A stretch of DNA of 64,000 nt from Terriglobia bacterium (GTDB taxonomy: Bacteria > Acidobacteriota > Polarisedimenticolia > Polarisedimenticolales > JAIQFR01), in NCBI GenBank assembly GCA_963748015.1, contig CAVVHE010000008.1:844630-908629 (forward strand), written 5' to 3'. This document shows positions 1 to 9,610 of the stretch, in pieces. A program made the translations under genes and the position numbers. The stretch's first letter is position 1, and each line of letters opens with the position of its first letter. The notes below the pieces were generated by a model. That model did not search any database. It was not told the DNA's origin and saw nothing but the letters and a program-made list of their open reading frames with translations.

Positions 1-1149
1 AGGTCCGGGTCCGCAGGGGCCGCCAGGGAGGCGGCGGACGAGGCGATCGCCGGCCTCGGCGGCGAGCGCGCCGACTGGTGCGTCGCGTTCGCCACCATGC
101 ACCACGCCCTCGCGATCGACGAGGCCCTCGACGCGCTGAGCGCGGCGTCCGGAACGCCCTACATCGCCGGCTGTTCGGGTGCGGGCGTCCTGGCCGGCGG
201 TCGGGAGATCGAAGGCGGGGCAGCGCTCGGCGTCCTCGCCGTGACGTCGGACCGGCTGCGCGCGACACCGTTCCTGTTTCCCGACGAGGGAGATCACGGC
301 CTCACCGCCGGCAAGAGGCTCGGCGAGCGGCTCGTCGCCTCTCGCGGGACCGACGACCTGGTCCTCGCCTGGCCCGACGCGCTTCACGTCCGACCCGACC
401 GCCTTCTGAGAGGATTCGACACCATCCTCAAGGGCGTTCCCGTGGTGGGGGGCGCGGCGGCGGGAGGCGGGCCGCAAGACAAGACCCTCCAGTTCTGCGG
501 GGGCGAGGCGACCAGCGGCGCCGTCTCCGGCGTGCGGCTCGGCGGAGAGTTCCGGCATCACGTCGCCGTGACCCAGGGGTGCCGGCCGCTGGGCGGACCG
601 CTCGAGGTCACGGATGCCCACGAGAATCTCATCCTGGAGATCGACGGCCGTCCGGCGATGCAGGTGCTGCGCGAGGTCGCTCCCGAGGGAATCCTCGAGC
701 GGCAGGAGTCCGCTTTCAACTACCTGTTCGTCGGCCTGGTGCCCGATCCGGCGGAGGAAGGGGTGCGATCGGGGGAGTACCTGATCCGCAACATCCTCGC
801 GGCGGACGATGACACCGGCGTGATCGGCATCTCGGAGGAAGTGGAGGAGGGGCAGCGCCTCGTTTTCGCCCTCAGGGAAGGGGTCGCCGCGCGCCGGGAC
901 CTCGAGCGCGTGCTGGACGGCCTCGTCGCCGAAGCGGATCCGGACCGCTTCCGCTTCGGGCTGTACTTCAACTGTCTCTCCCGGGGTAGGTCGCTTTACC
1001 GCGAGGACGGGATCGACACCGCCCTCCTCGCGCGCGCGCTCCCCGGCGTCCCGCTCCTCGGGTTCTTCTGCAACGCGGAGATCGCGCCGCTTCGCGGCGT
1101 GAACCACCTCTTCACGTACACCGGGGTGCTCGTCCTGGTCGGGGAATAG
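1..1149 (+). CDS. FIST N/C-domain signal-transduction protein (5' partial)
   Basis: Frame is open from base 1. It has the FIST-like motifs GCSGAGV, VGGAA, VTQGCRPLG, ILEIDGRPA, YFNCLSRG and GFFCNAEIAP. Confidence 0.88.
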   Translation, partial: RSGSAGAAREAADEAIAGLGGERADWCVAFATMHHALAIDEALDALSAASGTPYIAGCSGAGVLAGGREIEGGAALGVLAVTSDRLRATPFLFPDEGDHGLTAGKRLGERLVASRGTDDLVLAWPDALHVRPDRLLRGFDTILKGVPVVGGAAAGGGPQDKTLQFCGGEATSGAVSGVRLGGEFRHHVAVTQGCRPLGGPLEVTDAHENLILEIDGRPAMQVLREVAPEGILERQESAFNYLFVGLVPDPAEEGVRSGEYLIRNILAADDDTGVIGISEEVEEGQRLVFALREGVAARRDLERVLDGLVAEADPDRFRFGLYFNCLSRGRSLYREDGIDTALLARALPGVPLLGFFCNAEIAPLRGVNHLFTYTGVLVLVGE

Positions 1150-1151
1150 CC

Positions 1152-2069
1152 TCAGGCTCCTCGGCGCAGGGCCGAGAGGAGCCGCCGGAACTCGGGCGGA
1201 GGGGGCGCCTCGAACTCCAGCCGCCGTCCGCTCGTCGGGTGGTCGAACGCCAGCCGGTAGGCGTGAAGGGCGGTTCGCTCGATCAGCGGCGACGGCCGCC
1301 CGTAGGCGACGTCCCCCACCAGCGGATGTCCCTCGGCGGCGAGCTGCACCCGGATCTGGTTCTTCCGGCCGGTGTCGAGCGTGACCTCCAGCAAGGTCGC
1401 GGTCCGGAAGCGCTCCTTCACGCGGTAGCTCGAGACGGCTTTTCTTCCCGGACGGTCGTTCTCGACGGGATGCACCTTGAGGCTCACCGGGTGCTCGGCC
1501 AGCCGGTGGACGAGCCGTCCCTGGTCCCGCTCGACGCGCCCCTCGGCGATCGCCAGGTAGACCCGGCCGGGCCGTCCCGACGCGAACTGGGCGCGAAGGA
1601 CGCCGAATGCCGGACCGGTTCTCGCCGCGACCACGAGACCCGACGTGAAGCGGTCGATCCGGTGGACGGCGCGCATCGTCGGGACGCGAAAGCCCCGCTT
1701 GCGGTAGAGGTCGGTGAGGATCTCGACCAGGGACTCTCCCCGGTGGGACGGCGAGGGGACCGTGATCAGCCCTGCGTCCTTGTCCACGACGACGAAGTCG
1801 CGCTCCTCGTGGACGATCCGGTAGCCGCGGCCGCGATGCGTCCGCCGCGGGGCGGCCCGGCCGGTCCCCGGCGCCGAGACGATCTCGATCCGGTCCCCGG
1901 CGGCGACGCGTTCGCCGGGACTCGTCACCGTGCCCCCGTTTCGGAGGACGCCGCCGGACAGGAGGAGCCCCTTCGCCTTCGAGTGCGGCACGGCGAGCCG
2001 GTCGTGGAGCAACTGCTGCACGCTCTTCCCCGCGTCGTCCGGCCCGGCGATCAGCGTCTCTCGCTCCAT
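1152..2069 (-). CDS. RluA/RluD-family pseudouridine synthase with S4 domain
   Basis: VVDKDAG, catalytic HRIDRFTSG, TGRKNQIR, GHPLVGD and LHAYRL motifs. Confidence 0.93.
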   Translation of the reverse strand: MERETLIAGPDDAGKSVQQLLHDRLAVPHSKAKGLLLSGGVLRNGGTVTSPGERVAAGDRIEIVSAPGTGRAAPRRTHRGRGYRIVHEERDFVVVDKDAGLITVPSPSHRGESLVEILTDLYRKRGFRVPTMRAVHRIDRFTSGLVVAARTGPAFGVLRAQFASGRPGRVYLAIAEGRVERDQGRLVHRLAEHPVSLKVHPVENDRPGRKAVSSYRVKERFRTATLLEVTLDTGRKNQIRVQLAAEGHPLVGDVAYGRPSPLIERTALHAYRLAFDHPTSGRRLEFEAPPPPEFRRLLSALRRGA

Positions 2070-2070
2070 G

Positions 2071-2658
2071 TCAGGGCTCGACCGCGAACAATCCGGCTCG
2101 ACCGAGCCGGATGGCGTCCTCGTCGCGGAGACGGCGCCGCACCGCGAGGACGCCCTCGAGATCCCCCTCGATCGTTCCTTCGCCGCGGATCTCGTATTCG
2201 TGGGCAGGAGCGTAGGCCTCGACGCCGAGCGCCCCCGGGTCGATCCGCTCCTCGAAGGGCCGGTCTCGCAGGAGCCGGACTCCCTCGGGGAGGCCGTCGA
2301 GCAGCGAGAGCAGCCTTCGGCCGTGCTCCCGCGAGAAGGCGGAAAAGGAGAACTCGAGGGTCGCGCGCGCGATCTCGCGGGTCTCGACCACGGCGGCCGG
2401 AATCCCGCGGGCCTCGGCGGCCCGGGCCGCCTCGCGAACCGCTTCGACGGCGGGCGCCGGCACGAGGAGGTGCATCACCCTCGCGCTCGGGTGAAGGACG
2501 CCGCTCAGCCGTTCCCGGAGCGTCTCGCGCTCGAACCCCTCCTCCTCGGCGTCGAGAACCGCGTCGCGTACGCCGCTACCCGCGAGGTACCCCTCCACGA
2601 AGCCCCGCGCCCTGCGGCGAGAACCCCTCAGCACTACCTCGACCCATGCCGTGCCCAT
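2071..2658 (-). CDS. Hypothetical protein (195 aa)
   Basis: Fills the gap between the antiporter and RluA on the same strand, has protein-like composition and an RBS-like GGGAG upstream. No motif recognised. Confidence 0.7.
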   Translation of the reverse strand: MGTAWVEVVLRGSRRRARGFVEGYLAGSGVRDAVLDAEEEGFERETLRERLSGVLHPSARVMHLLVPAPAVEAVREAARAAEARGIPAAVVETREIARATLEFSFSAFSREHGRRLLSLLDGLPEGVRLLRDRPFEERIDPGALGVEAYAPAHEYEIRGEGTIEGDLEGVLAVRRRLRDEDAIRLGRAGLFAVEP

Positions 2659-2668
2659 GGCGCTCCCT

Positions 2669-4090
2669 TCAGTGGAAGATCCACCCCACGAGGAGGAACA
2701 GAGGGATCAAGATCGGTATGGACCAACGGAACATGTAGCCGAGGAAAGTCGGCATGGCGATCCCGGCCTCCTCGGCGATCGCCTTGATCATGAGATTGGG
2801 AGCGTTTCCGATGTAGGTGTTCGCTCCCATGAAAACGGCGCCGGCGGAGATCGCGCGCAGCACCGCCGGATGCTCCGCGAGGAGGCGAGGAACCGATGCG
2901 GTCTCGGGAAGGCCGGGGTAGATCCGGCCGAGGGCGAGCGTGAAGAAGCTCAGGTAGGTCGGAGCGTTGTCCAGGAACGACGACAGCCCACCGACCGCCC
3001 AGAAGTACTTCACCGGCGTGTCCACTGCGCGGAGGAGGAAGGCCAGGGGGCCGTGATCTCCCGCCCTGAGGATCGCGAGAGCGGGGATCATGGTCGCGAA
3101 GATCGCCGCGAAAAGGATCGCGACCTCGCGGATCGGCTCCCACGAGAAGCTGTTCTCCTCCCGGAGCGAGCGCGGCGTGGTCGCCAGGGAGAGCACGCCC
3201 ATCAGCACGATGCCCGCCTCGCGCAGGAGATCGCCAGGGGAGAGCGGCACTCCCAGAAGCTCGACACCGCCGGTCCGGAGGAAGCTCGAGACGATGACGG
3301 CTCCGAAGATCCCCGCGAGGAACGCGAGATTGTGGGCGCCCGCGATGCGGAGCTTGCCCCATGCGGCCCGCGCGGGCGGCGGAGCGCCGGGCGCGGCTTC
3401 CTTGCGGCAGTAGTGGCGGTCCACGACGAAGAACACCGCGAGCAACGTGGCGGTCACGAAGGCCAGCTCGGGCAGCAGTCGGAACGTCCACGAGAACGGT
3501 ACGCCGTGGAGGAAACCGAGGAGCAGCGGAGGGTCTCCGAGGGGGGTCAGGCAGCCGCCGGCGTTCCCCACGAGGAAGATGAAGAAGATGACGACGTGCG
3601 CGACGTGCCGGCGCCCTGCGTTGACCCGCAGGACGGGACGGATCAGCAGCATCGCGGCGCCGGTGGTCCCGATCCACGACGCCGAGAGCGTTCCCGCCAG
3701 CAGCATCAGCACGTTCGTCGCCGGGGTCGCGGCCAGGCTCCCGCTGCGCAGGACGATTCCTCCCGAGACGGTGAACAGCCCCCAGAGAAGCGTGACGAAC
3801 GGAACGTAGTCCTTGAGCGTCATCCCGAGAAGCTCGTGCCAGGCGATCGCCCGATACGTGGCCAGGAACGGGATCGCGACGACGAGGCCCCAGGCCAGCG
3901 AGATTTTCGGATAGTGGCGGTGCCAGAAGTGGGGGGCTAGAAGAGGGAACAAGGCGATCGACAGCAGCATGCCCGCGAAAGGGAGGACGCTCCACCCGGG
4001 GAGGATCATCCCGAGCGCCGCGCCGGCTTGCTCGATCCCGGCGGCGTCGGCTCCCGGAACGGCCCCGAGGATGACCCAGCTCAAATCCAC
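2669..4090 (-). CDS. Putative sodium:proton antiporter (DUF1646-type, ion transporter superfamily)
   Basis: Many TM helices with SIALFPL, IGTTGAAM, NAGGCLTPLGDPPL, SSFLDNAPTYL and GANTYIGNAPN. Confidence 0.88.
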   Translation of the reverse strand: MDLSWVILGAVPGADAAGIEQAGAALGMILPGWSVLPFAGMLLSIALFPLLAPHFWHRHYPKISLAWGLVVAIPFLATYRAIAWHELLGMTLKDYVPFVTLLWGLFTVSGGIVLRSGSLAATPATNVLMLLAGTLSASWIGTTGAAMLLIRPVLRVNAGRRHVAHVVIFFIFLVGNAGGCLTPLGDPPLLLGFLHGVPFSWTFRLLPELAFVTATLLAVFFVVDRHYCRKEAAPGAPPPARAAWGKLRIAGAHNLAFLAGIFGAVIVSSFLRTGGVELLGVPLSPGDLLREAGIVLMGVLSLATTPRSLREENSFSWEPIREVAILFAAIFATMIPALAILRAGDHGPLAFLLRAVDTPVKYFWAVGGLSSFLDNAPTYLSFFTLALGRIYPGLPETASVPRLLAEHPAVLRAISAGAVFMGANTYIGNAPNLMIKAIAEEAGIAMPTFLGYMFRWSIPILIPLFLLVGWIFH

Positions 4091-4369
4091 CTCGCTCGAG
4101 TCGGAGCGGCTACCCCCTGCGGCCGCCGCGGAGGACTCAGGTTCATCGGCATTCTATAGAACCAAGGACGCTTCGGCGGCGGCCGGGGCCTCGAGAGAGC
4201 GCCATTGCGTGTCGAATTCGTAATTCGCTCGGCACCGGTCACCGAGGCTGACGCCTTTTGTCCTTGCCCTCGGGGAGAGTCTCCGGTACATTGGTAGCTG
4301 AACGGGATCTAATAGCCACCGATCGGTTGCGCAAGCAGTTCCAGGGCTGAACGCGCCGGCGAGGTTCAA

Positions 4370-4549
4370 ATGAAGACGCTTCGGGCCTACGAGCCGCCGA
4401 AAATAACGAGCCTGACCTCGGAGGAGATCCTCGATCTCATGGGTCCCGCGCAGGCCATGGGGAGCGAGGAGTTCATCCCCGGCATGGATCAGAGCGGCGG
4501 CGGCGACATGGCCGGTGGCGGCTCGCGTCGGAGAGTGGGCTCGTCGTAG
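4370..4549 (+). CDS. Small 59-aa peptide with a RiPP-leader-like YxxP motif (not in ORF track)
   Basis: GAGG 5 nt before ATG 4370. Translation: MKTLRAYEPPKITSLTSEEILDLMGPAQAMGSEEFIPGMDQSGGGDMAGGGSRRRVGSS. Codons mostly end in G/C. The 3' end overlaps the convergent flippase-like gene by about 60 nt. Confidence 0.6.
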   Translation: MKTLRAYEPPKITSLTSEEILDLMGPAQAMGSEEFIPGMDQSGGGDMAGGGSRRRVGSS

Positions 4550-5586
4550 TCGCGCCGTCGCGATCCGGCGACCATCGCTACCGATCCTCCCAGAAAACTG
4601 ACCCCATAGAACGTTCCGCGGTGGAGGAGTGTCGCCGCCGCCGCGGCCTCGGCAGGAATCCCTAGCTTCGCGTACAGCCCGATCAGCGCCACCTCCGTCG
4701 CGCCGATGCCTCCGACCGCCCCGGTCATCGTTCCGACGAACGAGGCGAGCAAGAGGACGGCCGCGACCTCGAAGAGGGGCGCGCTGACGCCGAGCGCGCG
4801 GAACACCATCGCGTTGGCGAGGCAAAGCGCGAAGCGGGATGCCGCGGCGAGCGCGATGTCCCCGGCGGCGCCGCCCCAGGCGGAGCCGGTGCGGAGGAGC
4901 GGCGCCGTCATCGGCTCTAGCCATTCGGCCGACGCTCCGTCCGGGCCAACCTGGCGGAACTTGGCGGGCGTGATCCGGGCGACCGCTCTCGCCACGCCGG
5001 GCCGGAGGATTCCCTTCGAGATTCTGTCCCGAAGCAGGAGAAACAGCACCGCGAGCAACAACGCGGCGGTACCCGAGAGAAGAACCGCCCGGTTGCCGGC
5101 CGAGGCCGGCATCTCGAGCGAGATCGCCACGGCGAGTAGCCCGCCGAGGGCGAGGCTACCGAGGAAATTCGTGACCTGGTCCGCCAGCGACCAGCCGTAG
5201 GCGGACGCCATTCGCCAGCCGGTGCTGCGCTGGACGATCACGGCCCGGAGCACCCCCCCCGCCAGGTTCGCCGAAGGGGTCACGAGGTTCACGAACGTGC
5301 CGGAAAGAACCGCGCGCAGGGTGGTGCCGAATCCGATCTCCCCGGCGCGACGCATCATCCGCCACCACTTCGCCGCCCAGATCAGGTACCTCACCCCGAT
5401 CGCCGCCAGCGAGAGGGTTAGCCATGTGGGGTCGGCAGCGAGAGCCACGTCGAGAACCCGCCGCGGTCCGATGGAGTGGACGCTCCACCCGACCAAGAGC
5501 ACGCAGGCAGCGAGCATGAGAACCCGCAGCGCGAGCGCCGGCACGCGGCCTCGCGGGAGTCCCGGAAGCGGCAAGCCGCCGGTCAC
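4489..5586 (-). CDS. Lysylphosphatidylglycerol-synthase TM domain / YbhN-like flippase
   Basis: GTG start overlaps the ClC stop (GTGA). Hydrophobic protein with KW, NLVTPS..GG, GGIGATE and LLHRG motifs. It is the C-terminal part of track ORF 4489..7512. Confidence 0.82.
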   Translation of the reverse strand: MTGGLPLPGLPRGRVPALALRVLMLAACVLLVGWSVHSIGPRRVLDVALAADPTWLTLSLAAIGVRYLIWAAKWWRMMRRAGEIGFGTTLRAVLSGTFVNLVTPSANLAGGVLRAVIVQRSTGWRMASAYGWSLADQVTNFLGSLALGGLLAVAISLEMPASAGNRAVLLSGTAALLLAVLFLLLRDRISKGILRPGVARAVARITPAKFRQVGPDGASAEWLEPMTAPLLRTGSAWGGAAGDIALAAASRFALCLANAMVFRALGVSAPLFEVAAVLLLASFVGTMTGAVGGIGATEVALIGLYAKLGIPAEAAAAATLLHRGTFYGVSFLGGSVAMVAGSRRRDYDEPTLRREPPPAMSPPPL

Positions 5587-7636
5587 GGCCGCGGCTCGAG
5601 CGCCTCGAAGGCGCCGGCCGGACCCAGGAGCACCAGCTTGTCCCCCTCGCGAACCACCAGGTCGGGAGGGGCGGGAGAGATCTCGACGGCGCGGTCCCCG
5701 TCGCGACGCTTCACCGCGAGGACGTAGAGGCCGAGCGTGTGGTACGGGTCGGACTCGATGAGCGACCGTCCGACGAAATAGGGCGGGGCAGGCCGCTCCT
5801 CGATGAGCAGGTCGCCCGCGCGCCGCGCGCCGGCATCCTCCCCGGAGACGCTTCCTCCGAGATACTGCGCGAGCACGAGCCTCCGGCGGAGGACCTCGCG
5901 GTCGAGCGCCTGCACGACGTCCCGCCGGGCCACGCTCCCCACCAGCCGGTCGGGCTCTTTCTCGTCCACCACGGGCAGCTGCGCCAGCTCCAGCTGGGAG
6001 AACCGCCGCATGACCTCGTCGAGCGGGGTTCGCTTCGTGACCCGGGGGACGTCGCGGACCAGGTCGAGCGCCACGAGGCTCTCCCGCAGGTGAGGCTCGC
6101 CCGCTACCTGGAAGGCGTCCCGGAGGTCGATCGCCCCGCGGAGGCGGTCGCCGGCGTCCAGAACGTAGATCGCCGTCGTCCGGCTCTCGGTGAATCGGTC
6201 GACCACTTCGCCCATCGGGGTGTCGGCGCGCACGGTCAGCGGGTTCGAGCGGATGAAATCCTCCGCGCGGAGAGAGACCAGCGCCATCTGCTCGAAGGCG
6301 AGATCGAAATCGACTCCGCGCTTCCTCAGCGCCTCGGTGTAGATCGAATCGCGCCGCATCATGCGCGAGAGCGCGGTAGCCGTCACCACCGTGACGGCCA
6401 GAGGCATCACCGCACCGTAGTCCTGGCACATCTCGAAGACCATGATCAACGCGGTGATCGGAGCGAACGTGGTGGACGCGATCGCCGCGGCCATGCCGCC
6501 CAGCGTGTAGTAGACCGTCTGCACGTGAAGCCCCGGGATCGCGGCCTGGGTGCCGGCGGCGAACAGCGCGCCGCCGGCGGCGCCGACGAGCAGGGTGGGG
6601 GTGAAGACTCCCCCGGAGCCGCCGGAGCCGATCGATGCGGCGGTGGCGACGATCTTCGCGAGCAGGAGCGGCAGCAGGACCGCGGGGAGCAAGCTGCCCA
6701 TCAGAACCTCGCCGACCGCGTCGTACCCGTTCCCCCAGACCTCGGGGATCCACCACGCGAGGAGGCCGACCGCCAGCCCGCCGAGACCGGTACGCGCCCA
6801 CACCGGCAAGGGCACCCGCCGGAAGATCCGCTCGGACGATTCGATGCTCGACCGCAGGAGCAGCGCGACGACGGGAATCAGCGCCCCGAGCAGCGCAAAG
6901 AGCGGCAGCGACAGGAGCCCCGGCGCCTGCCCCGGCGCGACCGGATACAGGGGAGCCGCGCCGAACACCCCGCGCGAGAGGAGCGTCGCGGTGACCGACG
7001 CGACGACCACGGGGCCGAAGATGTCGAGGGCGAAGTTGCCGTGGATGACCTCCATCACGAAGAGGGCGGCGCCGATCGGCGCGTTGTAGGCGGCGGCCAT
7101 TCCCGACGGCGACGCCGCAGCCGATCAGGATCCGACGCCGCTCGGCCGGGACCCGCAGCGCCTCCCGAGCCGCGACGCGGCGGCGGCGCCGATCTGCACG
7201 ATCGGGCCCTCGCGCCCCACCGAGCCGCCGAGTCGCGTTGAGGAGCACCGACGCGAGCGACTTTCCGAGAGTCCGCCCGAGGCGGAGACGCCGGGCGCCG
7301 CGCAGGGAGACGGCCTCCATGATCTCGGACGTTCCCTCGCCCCCGCTCCCTCCCTTGACGAGGTACCGGGAGAGCAGTCCCGCCGCGAGACCGCCCAGAG
7401 CCGGCGCGACGAGGATCATCGGGAGCTTGAGGCCGCGCGCGACGTCGAGCGAGCTGCCGCTCTTGCCGAACGCCAGGAACTGGATCGCGAGGCCGCCGAA
7501 GCGGACGAGCACCGCTCGCGAGCGCGCCCAAGAATCCGACGCTCAGCACCAGGGCGATCGCGTACGCGCGCTCGTTGGTGCGGAACCGGCGCTGGATCGC
7601 CTGGAACCAGCGGCCCAGCCTCGCGAAACGGATCAT
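5583..7636 (-). CDS. ClC chloride channel/antiporter with CBS pair and TrkA_C domain (frameshifted between about 7100 and 7520)
   Basis: GGSVGREGPIVQIG, AAYNAPIG and GGSGGVFTPTL motifs, then CBS repeats and a C-terminal RCK_C (VLAVKR...EGDKLVLLG). The N-terminal part is split over several frames. Confidence 0.85.
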
Positions 7637-7694
7637 CGCGGTAGGGTCGTCGCTCGCGCGGCCGGAGTCAAGGGGACGCCGGCGGGACGGCCGG

Positions 7695-8498
7695 TCACGA
7701 GTTGTTCTCCGGTCCGAGGTACAGACGGGTCAGCTCGCTCTCGAGGTACTCGAATGCCTCGCCTGGCGAGTCGGCGACCTGAAAGAGCTCGACGTCTTCC
7801 GCGGAAATGGTCCCCCACCGCATGAGGGCGTCGAAGCGGAGCACGTCGTTCCAGTATTCCCTGCCGTAGAGCACGATCGGCATCCGCTTGCCGATCTTCC
7901 GCGTCTGGACGAGGGTCAGCAGCTCGAACAGCTCGTCGAGCGTGCCGAAGCCCCCCGGAAACACCACCAGCGCCTTGGCGAGGTAGACGAACCAGAACTT
8001 CCTCATGAAGAAGTAGTGGAACTCGAACGCCAGCTCGCGGGTGATGTGGGTGTTATTGCTCGGCTCCGAGGGGAGGCTGATACCGAGGCCGATCGAGATT
8101 CCCGCCGCTTCCGAGGCGCCGCGGTTCGCCGCTTCCATGATCCCCGGACCGCCGCCCGAGCAGACGATGAACCTGCGGTTCGGCGCCGAGAGCCCCTTCG
8201 ACCACTCGGTCATCCGGCGCGCGAGCGTCCTGGCGTCCTCGTAGTATCTGGAGAAGGAGAGCGCCTTGCGGGCGGCGTCGATCTGGTCCTTGTCGGAGGA
8301 CGATTCCGCCTCCCGGACGGCCTCTTCGGCGCGTTCGGCGGACATCGCGCGGGCCGAGCCGAAGAACACCACGGTGTCCTTGATCCGGTAGCGCAGGAAC
8401 CTCGCCTGCGGCTCGAGATACTCGCTCAGGATCCGGAGCGTCCGGGCCTCCTTGCTGTTCAGGAACTCGAGGTTGTCGTACGCCTTTTCCACGGTCAT
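7695..8498 (-). CDS. LOG family (TIGR00730) Rossmann-fold nucleotide-binding protein
   Basis: FFGSAR, SGGGPGIMEAANRGA, FFMRK and PGGFGTLDELFE. Start placed at MTVEK after a purine-rich RBS. Confidence 0.92.
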   Translation of the reverse strand: MTVEKAYDNLEFLNSKEARTLRILSEYLEPQARFLRYRIKDTVVFFGSARAMSAERAEEAVREAESSSDKDQIDAARKALSFSRYYEDARTLARRMTEWSKGLSAPNRRFIVCSGGGPGIMEAANRGASEAAGISIGLGISLPSEPSNNTHITRELAFEFHYFFMRKFWFVYLAKALVVFPGGFGTLDELFELLTLVQTRKIGKRMPIVLYGREYWNDVLRFDALMRWGTISAEDVELFQVADSPGEAFEYLESELTRLYLGPENNS

Positions 8499-8679
8499 CG
8501 CGATTCCCCCTCTTCCCCTCGGACCGCAGCGAAACACAATGTAGCAGCAATGCGCGGGCGCGCCCCGCACCCTGGCTGAAAAGAAGAGGAGCGGGACCGG
8601 TCGCCCACGCATCCTCGAGCGAAACGACCGCGCGGGCCCCACGGCGAATTCCGTCCCGACCCCGCTCGCGCGCTCCCGG

Positions 8680-9591
8680 CTACGCGGGGGCGGAGCGGAC
8701 GGACGAGCGCTGAACGAGCGCGACGCCCGCCAGCACCAGCGCCCCGCCGAGCAGGACCGTCGGGCCGGCCGACTCGCCGATCCAGACGGCCGCGACGGCG
8801 ACGGTGACGAGCGGCTGGACGTACTGGAAGGACGAAAGGGTGCCCGCCTCGAGGCGCGCGAGCGCGGCGGCCCAGACGAGGTACCCCACCCCGGTGCAGC
8901 CGGCGCCCAGGAAGACCAGCGCGGCCCACGCTTCGAGCGGAAGGTGCAGGAGCTCCGACGGGCTCCCCGCGAGGAGCCACGCCGGGACGGTGATCGCCGT
9001 TCCCACCGCGATCGCCCGGAGCGTGAGCGGGAGCGAGCTCCGGCGGACCATGAGGCCGCGGGCGACGAGCGTGTAGGTCGCCCAGTTCAGGGAGGAGAGG
9101 AGGATCAGGAAGTCGCCCTTCGTCGAGGGGAGACGGAGCGCCGCGGCTCCCGCCCCGCCCCCGATCACGACGATCGCTCCGGTGAAGCCCAGGACGACCC
9201 CGGCGGTCTTGAGGCGCGGGAAGCGCTCCCTCAGGAAGATCGCCGCCAGGACCGCGGTGAACACCGGGTTCAGCGCGATCAGCCATCCCGAGTGCACCGC
9301 GGAGGTGAACGTCAGGGCGAACGCCTGGAGCGTGAGGTGGACGGGGAGCCCGATGACGCCGAGCAACGCGATCTTGAGGCCGTCCCCGGGCCGCGCCGAC
9401 TCCGCCCGGGCGGAGCGCGCGAACGGGGATGCCGCACAGAGGACGAGCAGCCCGAGCACCGAGCGCACCGCGACGAGGCCGAGCGGCGTGATCGAGCGAA
9501 GCGCCACCTTCGCCGCGACGAAGGACGAGCCCCACAGGAGGACCGCGGCCGCCGCGCAGAGATAGGCCGGCCAGCGCCTCGAGACGCTCAA
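8680..9591 (-). CDS. EamA/DMT family transporter
   Basis: About 10 TM helices in two repeats, with LWGSSF..K, LRERF and QPLVT..GE. Confidence 0.9.
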   Translation of the reverse strand: MSVSRRWPAYLCAAAAVLLWGSSFVAAKVALRSITPLGLVAVRSVLGLLVLCAASPFARSARAESARPGDGLKIALLGVIGLPVHLTLQAFALTFTSAVHSGWLIALNPVFTAVLAAIFLRERFPRLKTAGVVLGFTGAIVVIGGGAGAAALRLPSTKGDFLILLSSLNWATYTLVARGLMVRRSSLPLTLRAIAVGTAITVPAWLLAGSPSELLHLPLEAWAALVFLGAGCTGVGYLVWAAALARLEAGTLSSFQYVQPLVTVAVAAVWIGESAGPTVLLGGALVLAGVALVQRSSVRSAPA

Positions 9592-9610
9592 GGCTCTCTC
9601 GGTGCGCCCG

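Noticed and set aside
4489..7512. 1007-aa ClC-flippase fusion ORF
   Set aside because: Frameshift artefact. The middle is off-frame Arg/Gly-rich text, and ClC and the flippase are separate genes.
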